Shown here in pieces: positions 1 to 8,642 of a stretch of 64,000 nt of DNA. The stretch spans positions 30,823 through 94,822 of the forward strand of contig JBHIXH010000003.1 in the NCBI GenBank assembly GCA_041984885.1. Direction: 5' to 3'. Position 1 is the first letter of the stretch. Every line of letters begins with the position of its first letter. Source of the stretch: Gammaproteobacteria bacterium. GTDB taxonomy: Bacteria > Pseudomonadota > Gammaproteobacteria > Eutrophobiales > Eutrophobiaceae. The position numbers and the translations under genes were made by a program. The notes beneath the pieces were generated by a model. The model saw only the letters and a program-made list of their open reading frames with translations, was not told where the DNA came from and made no database searches.

Positions 1-1
1 C

Positions 2-1255
2 GGTGGCCACGTTATCGACCCGGCGAATGCAATCGACGCGCGTCTGGATATACATATCGCCAACGACCGGGTTATCGCGGTCGGTGCCGCACCAGACGGT
101 TTCAAACCACGGAAAAAAATCGATGCAAAAGACCGGTATGTCTGTCCGGGCCTGATCGATCTGTCGGTACATTTACCGGAACCCGGGCGTGAACATAAAG
201 GCACGATAGCAAGTGAACTGGCGGCCGCCGTCAGCGGTGGCGTAACAACACTGTGTGCGCAACCGGATACCTTGCCGATACTCGACAATCCGGCCGTCGC
301 GGAACTGATCCATCAACGCTGCCAGCACGTGAATCTCGCCCGTGTCTTACCACTGGCCGCACTGACCCGCGGTCTGGAAGCAAAAACGCTGACCGACATG
401 AATGCGATGACAGAAATAGGTTGTGTTGCTGTCTCGAACGCGAACATCGATAACTCAAATGCGGAGATCCTGCGCCGCGCGATGGAATACGCGTCCAGTT
501 GTGATTTGACGATACACCTGTTCTGCGAAAACCCGGAGTTAAAAAATAACGGTGTTGTGCACGAGGGTAGTCTGAGTACACGGCTGGGTTTACCGGCTAT
601 ACCGCCAACGGCCGAAACTGTCTCGGTCAGCCGGGCATTACTGCTGGCAAAACAAACCGGCGTGCGGTTGCATCTCTCCCGTATCAGTTGTGGCGAAAGC
701 GTGCATATGATCCAGCAGGCCAGGGCGTCCGGTCTGCCTGTTACGGCAGACACGGCGATCACGAATTTACTGTTGACCGTGGATTCTGCCGATAACTTCA
801 ATACCAGTTGCCATGTTGATCCGCCGTTACGGGAAGAGGCCGATCGGCAAGCCTTGTTGCAGGGTCTGCGTGAGGGGGTCATCGATGCCATCTGCTCGGA
901 TCACCAGGCACATGACCTGGATTCCAAACGTGCGCCATTCAGCCTGACTGCGCCGGGCGCTTCAACGATTGAACACTTTGTCCCGTTGTTATTTCAACTG
1001 GTAAAACAAAAAGAACTGTCCCTGACCGCGGCGCTGGCTGCAGCAACGGTAAAGCCCGCCGAAATTCTGAACATCCAATCCGGTCGGCTTGACGTGAACG
1101 CGGTCGCGGATATCTGCATCATCTCCCGTTCGGATTTCGATGTGCTGCCGATGGCGATGCGCAGTGCCGGCAAAAATACGCCATTCACTGGCTGGACACT
1201 GCCCGCACAAGTGACGCACACACTGGTCGGTGGTAACAGCGTCTTCAGCAAATAG
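2..1255 (+). CDS. dihydroorotase-like amidohydrolase (PyrC-prime-like, probably non-catalytic); 5' end lies outside the window
   Basis: Frame 2 is open from the window edge into ORF 272..1255. My translation of 2..271 reads GGHVIDPANAIDARLDIHIANDRVIAVG...VCPGLIDLSVHLPEPGREHKG. This is the dihydroorotase D-x-H-x-H...R-E-P-G metal motif with the first His replaced by Ser. A later CSDHQAHD amidohydrolase motif is present. Confidence 0.75.
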   Translation, partial: GGHVIDPANAIDARLDIHIANDRVIAVGAAPDGFKPRKKIDAKDRYVCPGLIDLSVHLPEPGREHKGTIASELAAAVSGGVTTLCAQPDTLPILDNPAVAELIHQRCQHVNLARVLPLAALTRGLEAKTLTDMNAMTEIGCVAVSNANIDNSNAEILRRAMEYASSCDLTIHLFCENPELKNNGVVHEGSLSTRLGLPAIPPTAETVSVSRALLLAKQTGVRLHLSRISCGESVHMIQQARASGLPVTADTAITNLLLTVDSADNFNTSCHVDPPLREEADRQALLQGLREGVIDAICSDHQAHDLDSKRAPFSLTAPGASTIEHFVPLLFQLVKQKELSLTAALAAATVKPAEILNIQSGRLDVNAVADICIISRSDFDVLPMAMRSAGKNTPFTGWTLPAQVTHTLVGGNSVFSK

Positions 1256-1266
1256 TGTCCTGAGCC

Positions 1267-2145
1267 ATGCAGCATCCAGCAACCCGCGGCACAATATTCT
1301 CCGAGACTGCGACCGTCATCGATCAACGGTCATATCCCGGGGCGCAACATATCCTGCGGTTACAGGCACCGCAGACGGCCGCCCGTTGTCAGGCCGGCAG
1401 TTTTGTTCACTTGCAATGTGATGTTGCCCTGCCGATGCGACGCCCCATGTCGATCATGCGGGCGAATGCGAAACAGGGCTGGATAGATATCCTGTTTAAA
1501 GTGCACGGTGAGGGTACCGTGTTACTGGCGAATCGGCAGGTGAATGACCACATCGAACTGCTTGGCCCGATAGGCGTACCGTTTAAACAAAACGGCTATC
1601 GTCATTTGCCATTATTAATCGGTGGCGGCGTCGGACTGCCACCGATGATCTACCTGGCAGAACACCTGAAATCGACGGCCAGGGACTGCCAACCGTTTGT
1701 CATCCTTGGCTCCGAGGTGCCGTTTCCGTTTTCGCCGACGCCATCGAAACTCCTGATCGACGGCGTGCCAGAAGGTGTGATCGCGACGATGCCATTACTC
1801 GAAGACTGGAACATCGCCTGTCGACTGACGAGTCAGCAGGGTTTTGCCGGTTGCCACGATGGCCTCGTCACTGACCTGGCACGCCATTGGTTAGAAGCGC
1901 GTTCCGATCAACTTCAGCAAATTGAAATATTCACCTGCGGTCCGACCCCGATGTTACGCGCCGTGGCGGAACTGGCACAGGAATTCAATCTGCCCTGTCA
2001 GGTGTCTCTGGAGGAATACATGGCCTGTGCCGTCGGCGGCTGTGCCGGTTGCGCAGTTCGGGTTATCACGGACACTGGCCCGGCAATGAAGCGGGTTTGT
2101 GTCGATGGCCCCGTTTTTGAAGGCGCGGCTGTCTTCCCGGCCTGA
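1267..2145 (+). CDS. PyrK-like ferredoxin-reductase-type electron transfer protein (dihydroorotate dehydrogenase electron transfer subunit family)
   Basis: 292 aa. FAD/NAD-binding fold motifs (RPMSI, LLIGGGVGLPPM) plus a C-terminal four-Cys 2Fe-2S motif, MACAVGGCAGCAV...CVDGPVF. It lies 11 nt after the pyrC-like stop. Confidence 0.7.
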   Translation: MQHPATRGTIFSETATVIDQRSYPGAQHILRLQAPQTAARCQAGSFVHLQCDVALPMRRPMSIMRANAKQGWIDILFKVHGEGTVLLANRQVNDHIELLGPIGVPFKQNGYRHLPLLIGGGVGLPPMIYLAEHLKSTARDCQPFVILGSEVPFPFSPTPSKLLIDGVPEGVIATMPLLEDWNIACRLTSQQGFAGCHDGLVTDLARHWLEARSDQLQQIEIFTCGPTPMLRAVAELAQEFNLPCQVSLEEYMACAVGGCAGCAVRVITDTGPAMKRVCVDGPVFEGAAVFPA

Positions 2146-2148
2146 ACC

Positions 2149-2856
2149 GTGTTTGGCAACTCGCGCGCGGTCGATAACGGTCAACTGCGAGCCGATGTAG
2201 CGGAAGCAGTTAAACTCTATCATCGACACCAGCAGTCAGCATTCAGACGACCGATCCACGCACGCAGTCGGCAATTGTTTGCGCAGGTTCGCTCCCGGGT
2301 CGAACGCTGTGGCCGGCCAATTCGGCTGGACTCCGGATGTGGTACCGGTACGAGCACATTCAAACTGGCTGCAAGCTATCCGGACAGTTGTGTCATTGGC
2401 ATCGACAAGTCAGCGGATCGGTTGCGGCAACACTTGCCCGAGTCGGGCTGGCTGGCACAAGACAACCTGATACTCGCGCGGTTTGATATTGTCGATTTCT
2501 GGCGTCTCGCACTGGCTGCCAACTGGCAGCTGCAGTCGCACCACCTGCTGTACCCGAACCCCTGGCCAAAGACGAAACAGCGTCTGCGTCGCTGGTATTG
2601 CCATGCGGTATTCCCGACAGTACTGCAGTTGAAAGGCATGCTTGAATTACGGACCAACTGGGCCATTTACGCGCAGGAGATGCAGGGCTTACTGGCTCAG
2701 CTCGGCTATACGACGGAGGCAACGACGCTGAAAATCTGCGCCGACAGCATCAGCCCGTTTGAATGGAAATACCACGCCAGTGGTCATCGGTTGCACCGAC
2801 TGGTTGTGGATCTGGATAAAAAAGTGGTTATCAGCAACCAAAATTCTGGTTGTTGA
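2149..2856 (+). CDS. TrmB-family-like SAM-dependent methyltransferase (tRNA guanine-N7 methyltransferase paralogue)
   Basis: GTG start 3 nt after the previous stop. SAM motif LDSGCGTGTS. LYPNPWPKTKQRLRRW resembles the TrmB FPDPWxKxRHxKRR box. C-terminal SPFEWKYHASGHRLH resembles TrmB TKFEQRGxRLGH. Confidence 0.6.
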   Translation: MFGNSRAVDNGQLRADVAEAVKLYHRHQQSAFRRPIHARSRQLFAQVRSRVERCGRPIRLDSGCGTGTSTFKLAASYPDSCVIGIDKSADRLRQHLPESGWLAQDNLILARFDIVDFWRLALAANWQLQSHHLLYPNPWPKTKQRLRRWYCHAVFPTVLQLKGMLELRTNWAIYAQEMQGLLAQLGYTTEATTLKICADSISPFEWKYHASGHRLHRLVVDLDKKVVISNQNSGC

Positions 2857-2972
2857 TAACCAGATCCAGACCAGAACCACTGTCAAACCACTCGCCCAAG
2901 GCACGAACGGATATTATATAACTTATTGAATATTAAAGATTATATATTTTATTGCTGGTCAAAAGTACCGCT

Positions 2973-2988
2973 TGGCACAGCCCATGCA
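2973..2988 (+). promoter_or_regulatory. putative sigma-54 (-24/-12) promoter upstream of pqqA
   Basis: TGGCACagcccATGCA matches TGGCAC-N5-TTGCA, with GG and GC at the correct spacing. It sits 47 nt upstream of the pqqA ATG and is preceded by a very AT-rich tract. Confidence 0.4.
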
Positions 2989-3034
2989 CTATATTTCACA
3001 GAAGTTTCAACTAACCAACAAAGAGGATACGACA

Positions 3035-3109
3035 ATGAGCTGGAATACTCCTGAATATAGTGACATCCGTTTCGGTTTCGAAGTAACGATGTACATTAAC
3101 AACAAGTAA
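3035..3109 (+). CDS. pqqA: coenzyme PQQ precursor peptide PqqA (24 aa; below the ORF-track cutoff)
   Basis: My translation is MSWNTPEYSDIRFGFEVTMYINNK. This fits the PqqA pattern W-x-x-P...R-x-G-x-E-V-T-x-Y-x-x-N with the E-x-x-x-Y cross-link pair. RBS AAGAGGA lies at 3021..3027. A strong terminator follows immediately. Confidence 0.85.
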   Translation: MSWNTPEYSDIRFGFEVTMYINNK

Positions 3110-3127
3110 TTAGTTCTTGTTGACACG

Positions 3128-3155
3128 AAAAAGGCCTCATCTGAGGCCTTTTTTT
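3128..3155. terminator. bidirectional rho-independent terminator (pqqA on +, rimK operon on -)
   Basis: AAAAAGGCCTCA-tc-TGAGGCCTTTTT: a GC-rich stem flanked by an A-run and a T-run, located between convergent genes. Confidence 0.85.
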
Positions 3156-3187
3156 ATGCCTGCAACAAAACAGGACGTATTTCGCAA

Positions 3188-4234
3188 TCAGATGACCGGC
3201 GGCTCGTGCGGATCTTTCTCATCGGTAGCCGGATCGAGTATCTGTTGAAACTCTTCAATACTTTCCGCCGCTGAGGCTGGCCTGCTAAAACGCGCGATGT
3301 GGAACAGCGCCTCGCCTTCGTTCACCAGCGGGATGTTCGTCTTGCCAACGATGATACCACCGGCGGGTGCCAGTATATTCTCCTCTTGTTCGCCAAACGG
3401 GTCAGAGACGATACCGAGCAGTTCGTTAGCCGCAACCCGCGCCCCCAATGGCTTGATAATTCTCAGGATGCCACTCTGCGGTGCCCTGACCCAACTACTC
3501 GAGCGCGCCACGATCGGCTCCGGTAATGCCTTGCGGCGCTTTAACCTTGGCAACATGCCCAGCTCACGCATGACGGCAACGACACCGCGCACGCCAGCGC
3601 GTATCGAGACCACCTCAACACGCAACGCCTCGCCCGCCTCATAGACGATCACCGGGATACCCAGCTTTTCCACCGCCTGGCGTAATGAACCCTCGACGAT
3701 GCTGGTATTCAGGATAACCGGCGAGATGAACGAACGGGCCATGCGCTCGGTTTCCTCATCATCAAGCACGGCACGAATCTGTGGCAGATTTTCCCGGTGT
3801 ATGGCACCGGTATGTAAATCGATGCCATGCGTGCAGCGAGACACGATCTCCTGCAGAAATAGATTCGCAATTCGACCGGCCAACGAACCCGTGTCCGATC
3901 CCGGAAACGAGCGATTCAGATCACGCCGGTCCGGCAGATAGCGCGACTGGTTGATAAAGCCGAAAATATTGACGACCGGTATCGCGATCAACGTGCCCTT
4001 GATACGGTTGATCGCCTTCGTATGCAGGATACGGCGGATAATCTCGACACCATTTATCTCGTCACCATGCAAGGCCGCGGATAAAAACAATGTCGGCCCA
4101 TCCTTGCGCCCATGTACCACGTGCACCGGCATTTCCAGTTGCGTGTGTGTGTACAGGCTCGGCACCGGCAGTTCAATGGAAGTTCGCTGTCCCGGCTGTA
4201 CGTTAATGCCACCAATCTGAATTGGCGCGCGCAC
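3188..4234 (-). CDS. succinylglutamate desuccinylase/aspartoacylase (AstE/AspA, M14-like zinc carboxypeptidase) family protein
   Basis: 348 aa. HGDEINGVEI zinc-ligand motif and family-typical length. 3-nt gap to rimK. Confidence 0.75.
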   Translation of the reverse strand: MRAPIQIGGINVQPGQRTSIELPVPSLYTHTQLEMPVHVVHGRKDGPTLFLSAALHGDEINGVEIIRRILHTKAINRIKGTLIAIPVVNIFGFINQSRYLPDRRDLNRSFPGSDTGSLAGRIANLFLQEIVSRCTHGIDLHTGAIHRENLPQIRAVLDDEETERMARSFISPVILNTSIVEGSLRQAVEKLGIPVIVYEAGEALRVEVVSIRAGVRGVVAVMRELGMLPRLKRRKALPEPIVARSSSWVRAPQSGILRIIKPLGARVAANELLGIVSDPFGEQEENILAPAGGIIVGKTNIPLVNEGEALFHIARFSRPASAAESIEEFQQILDPATDEKDPHEPPVI

Positions 4235-4237
4235 GTT

Positions 4238-5146
4238 TTATTTTGCTCCGCCTTTGGTACCGGTTTTACCCTTTTTCGCCGTCTTTTCTATGAACTGGAT
4301 AATGCTGCCGGCGATGTCTTTCTCCGTCGCTTTTTCAATCCCCTCAAGCCCTGGCGAGGAGTTCACTTCCATTACGACCGGACCGTGTTCGGCACGCAAT
4401 ATATCGACCCCACACACATTCAGTCCCATCGTGTTGGCCGAGCGGATAGCGGTTTTACGCTCCTCCGGTGTAATACTGACCAGTGATGCCGAGCCGCCCC
4501 GATGAATATTCGAACGAAACTCGCCTTCTGCGCCCTGACGTTTCATCGCCGCCACGACTTTTTCGCCAACAACGAAACAACGTATGTCAGCGCCACCGGC
4601 TTCCTTGATGAATTGTTGCACGAGCACACTCGCATTCAGCCCCAGAAACGACTCGATCACACTTTTGGCAGCACTTCGGGTTTCTGCCAGGACTACGCCT
4701 ATGCCCTGCGTTCCCTGTAACAGCTTGATGACGAGCGGCGCACCGCCGACCATCTTGATCAGGTCCTCGATATCATCTGGCTTGTTGGCGAAGCCACTGA
4801 TCGGTAAGCCGATGCCCTTTCTCGACAACAATTGCAGGGAACGCAATTTATCGCGGGAGCGGGAAATCGCGACCGATTCATTCAGTGGATAGACACCCAT
4901 CATCTCAAACTGGCGGAGCACGGCCGTACCATAAAACGTCACGGACGCGCCGATACGCGGAATGACGGCATCAAATCCTTCCAGTTCCTCGCCCTTGTAA
5001 TGAATACTCGGTGCGTTTGACGTGATATTCATATAACAACGCAACACGTCCAGCGTCCTGACTTCGTGACCACGTTCTTCAGCGGCTTGAATCAAACGCC
5101 GGGTGGAATAAAGCTTCGGGTTTCTTGAAAGAACGGCTATCTTCAT
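4238..5146 (-). CDS. rimK: ribosomal protein S6--L-glutamate ligase (ATP-grasp)
   Basis: 302 aa. N-terminus [18 protein letters not shown] and a full-length ATP-grasp body typical of RimK. Confidence 0.9.
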   Translation of the reverse strand: MKIAVLSRNPKLYSTRRLIQAAEERGHEVRTLDVLRCYMNITSNAPSIHYKGEELEGFDAVIPRIGASVTFYGTAVLRQFEMMGVYPLNESVAISRSRDKLRSLQLLSRKGIGLPISGFANKPDDIEDLIKMVGGAPLVIKLLQGTQGIGVVLAETRSAAKSVIESFLGLNASVLVQQFIKEAGGADIRCFVVGEKVVAAMKRQGAEGEFRSNIHRGGSASLVSITPEERKTAIRSANTMGLNVCGVDILRAEHGPVVMEVNSSPGLEGIEKATEKDIAGSIIQFIEKTAKKGKTGTKGGAK

Positions 5147-5163
5147 AACGGGTTTTCCTGTTA

Positions 5164-5631
5164 TTAATTATACGTTTGCGCCAATGCCCTGCCAGCGATA
5201 TAGGAACGGGCCGGTTCAACGCACAGACCCGCATCGACCAATGCAGTTCGACCAAGCAGCATCCTGAACATCATACCGTCACGATTGGTCAGACTGAAAT
5301 CCGAATACCACTGTTTGCCGGCAAAATCGATCAGTGTCTTGATGAAATAACGCTCTTCTTCATGACCGCCGGAATCGCGCACGACTCGTCGATCGATGAT
5401 CTCCGCTTTACAATCGACACTGATATCATTTTTTTTTTGTAATGGATGAACCTTGAACAGCACGTAGTCTATGCCTGACTCGGTCACCGTTTCCAATTGA
5501 TAGGTATGGATGGCAGACGTCCTGGCGCCGGTATCTATCTTGGCCTTGATGGATGGTATGCCGAGTTCGGGCAGGGCCAGCCACTCACGCCAACCGATTA
5601 AAGCGGGTTGATCATCCGACATCGTTTTCAT
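5164..5631 (-). CDS. RimK-associated retropepsin-like protease / ATP-dependent zinc protease family (DUF785)
   Basis: 155 aa. [15 protein letters not shown] (D-T-G type motif). Conserved position directly upstream of rimK. Confidence 0.7.
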   Translation of the reverse strand: MKTMSDDQPALIGWREWLALPELGIPSIKAKIDTGARTSAIHTYQLETVTESGIDYVLFKVHPLQKKNDISVDCKAEIIDRRVVRDSGGHEEERYFIKTLIDFAGKQWYSDFSLTNRDGMMFRMLLGRTALVDAGLCVEPARSYIAGRALAQTYN

Positions 5632-5643
5632 TTATGATTCGGC

Positions 5644-5656
5644 TATTGAAACAATA
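5644..5656. promoter_or_regulatory. LysR-type T-N11-A dyad in the divergent intergenic region
   Basis: TATTG-AAA-CAATA is a perfect interrupted dyad fitting T-N11-A. It sits in the 40-bp gap between the LysR gene and the rimK operon. Confidence 0.45.
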
Positions 5657-5671
5657 CGATAACATAATCAG

Positions 5672-6508
5672 ATGGATGTTGACCTGCTGAAAACGTTTCT
5701 TGAGGTATACAAAACCCGGCATTTCGGCCGGGCTGCGGATAATCTTTTTATCACGCAATCCACCGTCAGTGCACGAATCAAGCAACTGGAGGAGATTGTT
5801 GGTGCCCGCTTGTTTGATCGCGAACACAAACAGATAACACTGACCGCTTCCGGAGAAAAACTGGTTGGCCATGCGGAAAACATCATAGCTATGTGGAACC
5901 GGGTCAAACTGGATGTCGCCAGCGAACAAACCGGCAAGATCCCGTTAAATGTGGGTGCCGTCTCCAGCCTGTGGGATATCTACATGCAAAAGTGGTTGAA
6001 AGAGATCAATGCTCAGCTCGATCGATTTCTGATTTCATGCAATGTCTCGAACGCGGAAGACATTCACGCCCAGATCAACGATGGCACGCTGGACCTGGCC
6101 ATGACGTATGAACCCCCTCCGCATGACAAGATACAGGTGATTCGACAACTCCCGATCAAGTTTATCCTGGTTTCATCCGAACAGAATCTCGATTGTCTGA
6201 CCGCGATAAACAACGATTACATTTATGTCGATTGGGGTACACCGTTTGCGATTACTCACAGTCAGTACTTTAACGAGATGAAAAGTCCGAAACTGCGACT
6301 GGCGCTGGGCCGAATTGCACGGGATTACCTGGTCAGGCAGGGAGGTTCCGGTTATTTACCGGTCACCATGATCAAGCGTGATCTTGAGAAACAACGTTTG
6401 TTCAAGGTTGAGGGCGCGCCGGTCATCCAGCGCGACGCGTACTGGATCGTGAATACCGACAATGCTGAATTTGACAGCATTGCCGGCTTGATGTCAGTGA
6501 AAAACTAG
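5672..6508 (+). CDS. LysR family transcriptional regulator
   Basis: 278 aa. N-terminal wHTH LLKTFLEVYKTRHFGRAADNLFITQSTVSARIKQLEE. Divergent from the rimK operon. Confidence 0.9.
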   Translation: MDVDLLKTFLEVYKTRHFGRAADNLFITQSTVSARIKQLEEIVGARLFDREHKQITLTASGEKLVGHAENIIAMWNRVKLDVASEQTGKIPLNVGAVSSLWDIYMQKWLKEINAQLDRFLISCNVSNAEDIHAQINDGTLDLAMTYEPPPHDKIQVIRQLPIKFILVSSEQNLDCLTAINNDYIYVDWGTPFAITHSQYFNEMKSPKLRLALGRIARDYLVRQGGSGYLPVTMIKRDLEKQRLFKVEGAPVIQRDAYWIVNTDNAEFDSIAGLMSVKN

Positions 6509-6690
6509 TCGGTGAACTCGGTTTGAATACCAGCGCCTGTGTTCAGGGGCCGGGTTTCTGCAATATTTGACTGATTGGACAATGAAGAATCAAACACCGG
6601 TTGATTCGCTGCAGTTGAAACCACGCCGATAGCCGTCGGCATCACGGAAAACGCTGACATACTACTGGCACTTTTAAACAAGTTGTTCAT
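6505..6690 (-). CDS. hypothetical small Ser/Thr/Asn-rich protein (61 aa)
   Basis: ORF with an AAGGA-type RBS about 10 nt upstream. No recognisable domain and no TM segment. Last gene of the pil ATPase string. Confidence 0.4.
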   Translation of the reverse strand: MNNLFKSASSMSAFSVMPTAIGVVSTAANQPVFDSSLSNQSNIAETRPLNTGAGIQTEFTD

Positions 6691-6714
6691 TTCTGTTTTT
6701 TCCTTTTATTCCTG

Positions 6715-6909
6715 TTATTCGTTAAATATATAATCGTCAATATTCTCGCCGACCATCTTCGACAGGGCCATTAACTCACGTCTTTTCTCAATCTCACGCC
6801 AGGTGGCCCGCTGGCCGGCGACTACAGTTGCTTCGCCGGATTGATTACTACTTTCTGTATCGTCATCCGTTTCAAAATCTTCATCCATATCCATTTCACT
6901 TTGCTGCAT
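6715..6909 (-). CDS. hypothetical small acidic protein (64 aa)
   Basis: GAGGAG RBS upstream. Acidic N-terminal half (DMDEDFETDDDTE) followed by a charged helix, WREIEKRRELMAL. From memory it resembles small acidic envelope-associated proteins of Pseudomonas; this is not verifiable here. Confidence 0.5.
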   Translation of the reverse strand: MQQSEMDMDEDFETDDDTESSNQSGEATVVAGQRATWREIEKRRELMALSKMVGENIDDYIFNE

Positions 6910-7058
6910 CGGTTTACTCTCCTCAATCAGCCAGATGATTGGACACCCGCCAATAACGGGTGCGAATCCACGAGAATTTCGCGCTGTATATCGTGCGCCC
7001 CGATTGCTGTAAACCTAATTATTTCGATTTGTTCAATCGATAATATCAATCGTTAATT

Positions 7059-7475
7059 TCAGCTATTTATACCGGGAAAATCTCCGGCAAATTTTTCTAT
7101 CCACTCAGCTGCCGCCTGTTCACTACTGAGTTTTCTGCCCTCTTTTAACTCAAGCTCCTGGCGATAATGCTCGATGTGGCAAACCTGCTCCACCATGCGC
7201 ATCTGAAAAACATCCGCGTCGTTTTTAAACTGCACGCCGAGCAGATAACCATCGGCCTGCTGCTCACTCCAGACGACCGTACCGGTCATAACGACGGCCG
7301 GATCCACCAGGTCAATTAAGAGTTCGACCTCGGTGCCACTTTCGATGTCTGTCGGGAAATGCATGGCCAGACCGCCATAGCCGACATTGACCAGCGCCGA
7401 GTCCCTGTCGTTCACGGGTTCAATCTGTCGGATCCGTACCGGGATGGATGAGGGATGACGTATGTACTTGCGCAT
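7059..7475 (-). CDS. PilZ domain protein
   Basis: 138 aa. N-terminal RKYIR (RxxxR) followed by NVGYGG, a degenerate D/NxSxxG. Immediately downstream of the PilT-family ATPase genes. Confidence 0.65.
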   Translation of the reverse strand: MRKYIRHPSSIPVRIRQIEPVNDRDSALVNVGYGGLAMHFPTDIESGTEVELLIDLVDPAVVMTGTVVWSEQQADGYLLGVQFKNDADVFQMRMVEQVCHIEHYRQELELKEGRKLSSEQAAAEWIEKFAGDFPGINS

Positions 7476-7541
7476 GCGGCTCCCGGTTGTGCGCTGTCTC
7501 GCGCGCTATAGACTTTTATACACAGACGGCTGACGCACTAT

Positions 7542-8600
7542 CTAACCAAAATTAATCTTGGCTTCCATGTTCGTGCGCGAATCGGCGTTGTTCAGACACT
7601 CTTCGAGTTCGATGCGACCCTCCTTGTACAGGTTGAACAGCGCCATATCGAACGTTTGCATGCCTTTCGCACCGCTGTCTTCCATCGCCTCCTTGATCTC
7701 GTGGATTTCACCTTTCAATATCAACTCGGCCACGTGCGGCGTATTAACCATGATTTCTATCGCGGCACAGCGCTTGCCATCGACAGCAGTCACCAGGCGT
7801 TGCGAGATGACCGCGCGCAGGTTCATCGACAGGTCCATAAATAGTTGTTTATGCGCATCCTGCGGAAACAGGTTAATCACACGTTCCATTGCCTGGTTCG
7901 CGTTATTCGCATGCAAGGTTGAGATGGCCAGGTGACCGGTATTGGATAACTCCATCGCCGCTTCCATCGTCTCTTGATCACGGATCTCACCAATCAGGAT
8001 GACGTCAGGCGCTTCACGCAGCGATGCCTTCAGGGCATTACGATAGGACATCGTATCGACGCCGACTTCGCGTTGATTCACGATCGCTTTCAGGTTTGGA
8101 TGGCTGAATTCAACCGGGTCCTCGATCGTCAGTATGTGACCCATCATGTTTTCGTTGCGATGATTGATCATCGCCGCCAGCGTCGTCGATTTACCGGATC
8201 CGGTGGCGCCGACCATCAGGATCAAACCACGCTTGTGCATGATCAGCTCATTCAGTATCTCCGGCAACATCAACTGCTCAACGGTCGGGATCTCTGACGG
8301 GATACGACGCAATACCATGCCGACTTCACCGCGTTGACGGAACACGTTGACACGAAAACGGCAAGAGCCATCCGGCATTGCAATGGCGAAGTCTGCCTCC
8401 ATCGTCTTTTCGAATATCTCTTTGTGATAGTCGGTCATGACGCCGTAGGCGGCGGCCTTCGTCATCTCGCCGGTTAACAACGTCTTGCCAACAGACGTGG
8501 CCTTACCTTCAATCTTGACCTTGACGGGAGAGTTCGTGGTGAAAAACAAATCCGAGGCCTGCTTGTCCACCATCAGATTCAGATAAGGCATGATGTCCAT
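7542..8600 (-). CDS. third PilT/PilU-family type IV pilus retraction-type ATPase (PilU-like paralogue)
   Basis: 352 aa. Walker A GATGSGKSTT, Asp/His boxes, HANNANQ as in PilU. No AIRNLIRE motif. Confidence 0.85.
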   Translation of the reverse strand: MDIMPYLNLMVDKQASDLFFTTNSPVKVKIEGKATSVGKTLLTGEMTKAAAYGVMTDYHKEIFEKTMEADFAIAMPDGSCRFRVNVFRQRGEVGMVLRRIPSEIPTVEQLMLPEILNELIMHKRGLILMVGATGSGKSTTLAAMINHRNENMMGHILTIEDPVEFSHPNLKAIVNQREVGVDTMSYRNALKASLREAPDVILIGEIRDQETMEAAMELSNTGHLAISTLHANNANQAMERVINLFPQDAHKQLFMDLSMNLRAVISQRLVTAVDGKRCAAIEIMVNTPHVAELILKGEIHEIKEAMEDSGAKGMQTFDMALFNLYKEGRIELEECLNNADSRTNMEAKINFG

Positions 8601-8642
8601 TAAGACATGTTCCTCCCGTTATATTTATTAATTATTTTTCAG

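Noticed and set aside
313-891. Long antisense or alternative-frame ORFs overlapping well-supported genes. Examples: 313..891 -, 4584..4892 +, 17023..17484 +, 24728..25354 -, 50850..51329 -, 53837..54436 -, 58979..59533 +.
   Set aside because: Each lies entirely inside a gene with clear family motifs on the other strand or frame. Their translations are low-complexity (Arg/Ser/Pro/Ala-rich) with no motifs. This is typical shadow-ORF behaviour in moderately GC-rich coding DNA.
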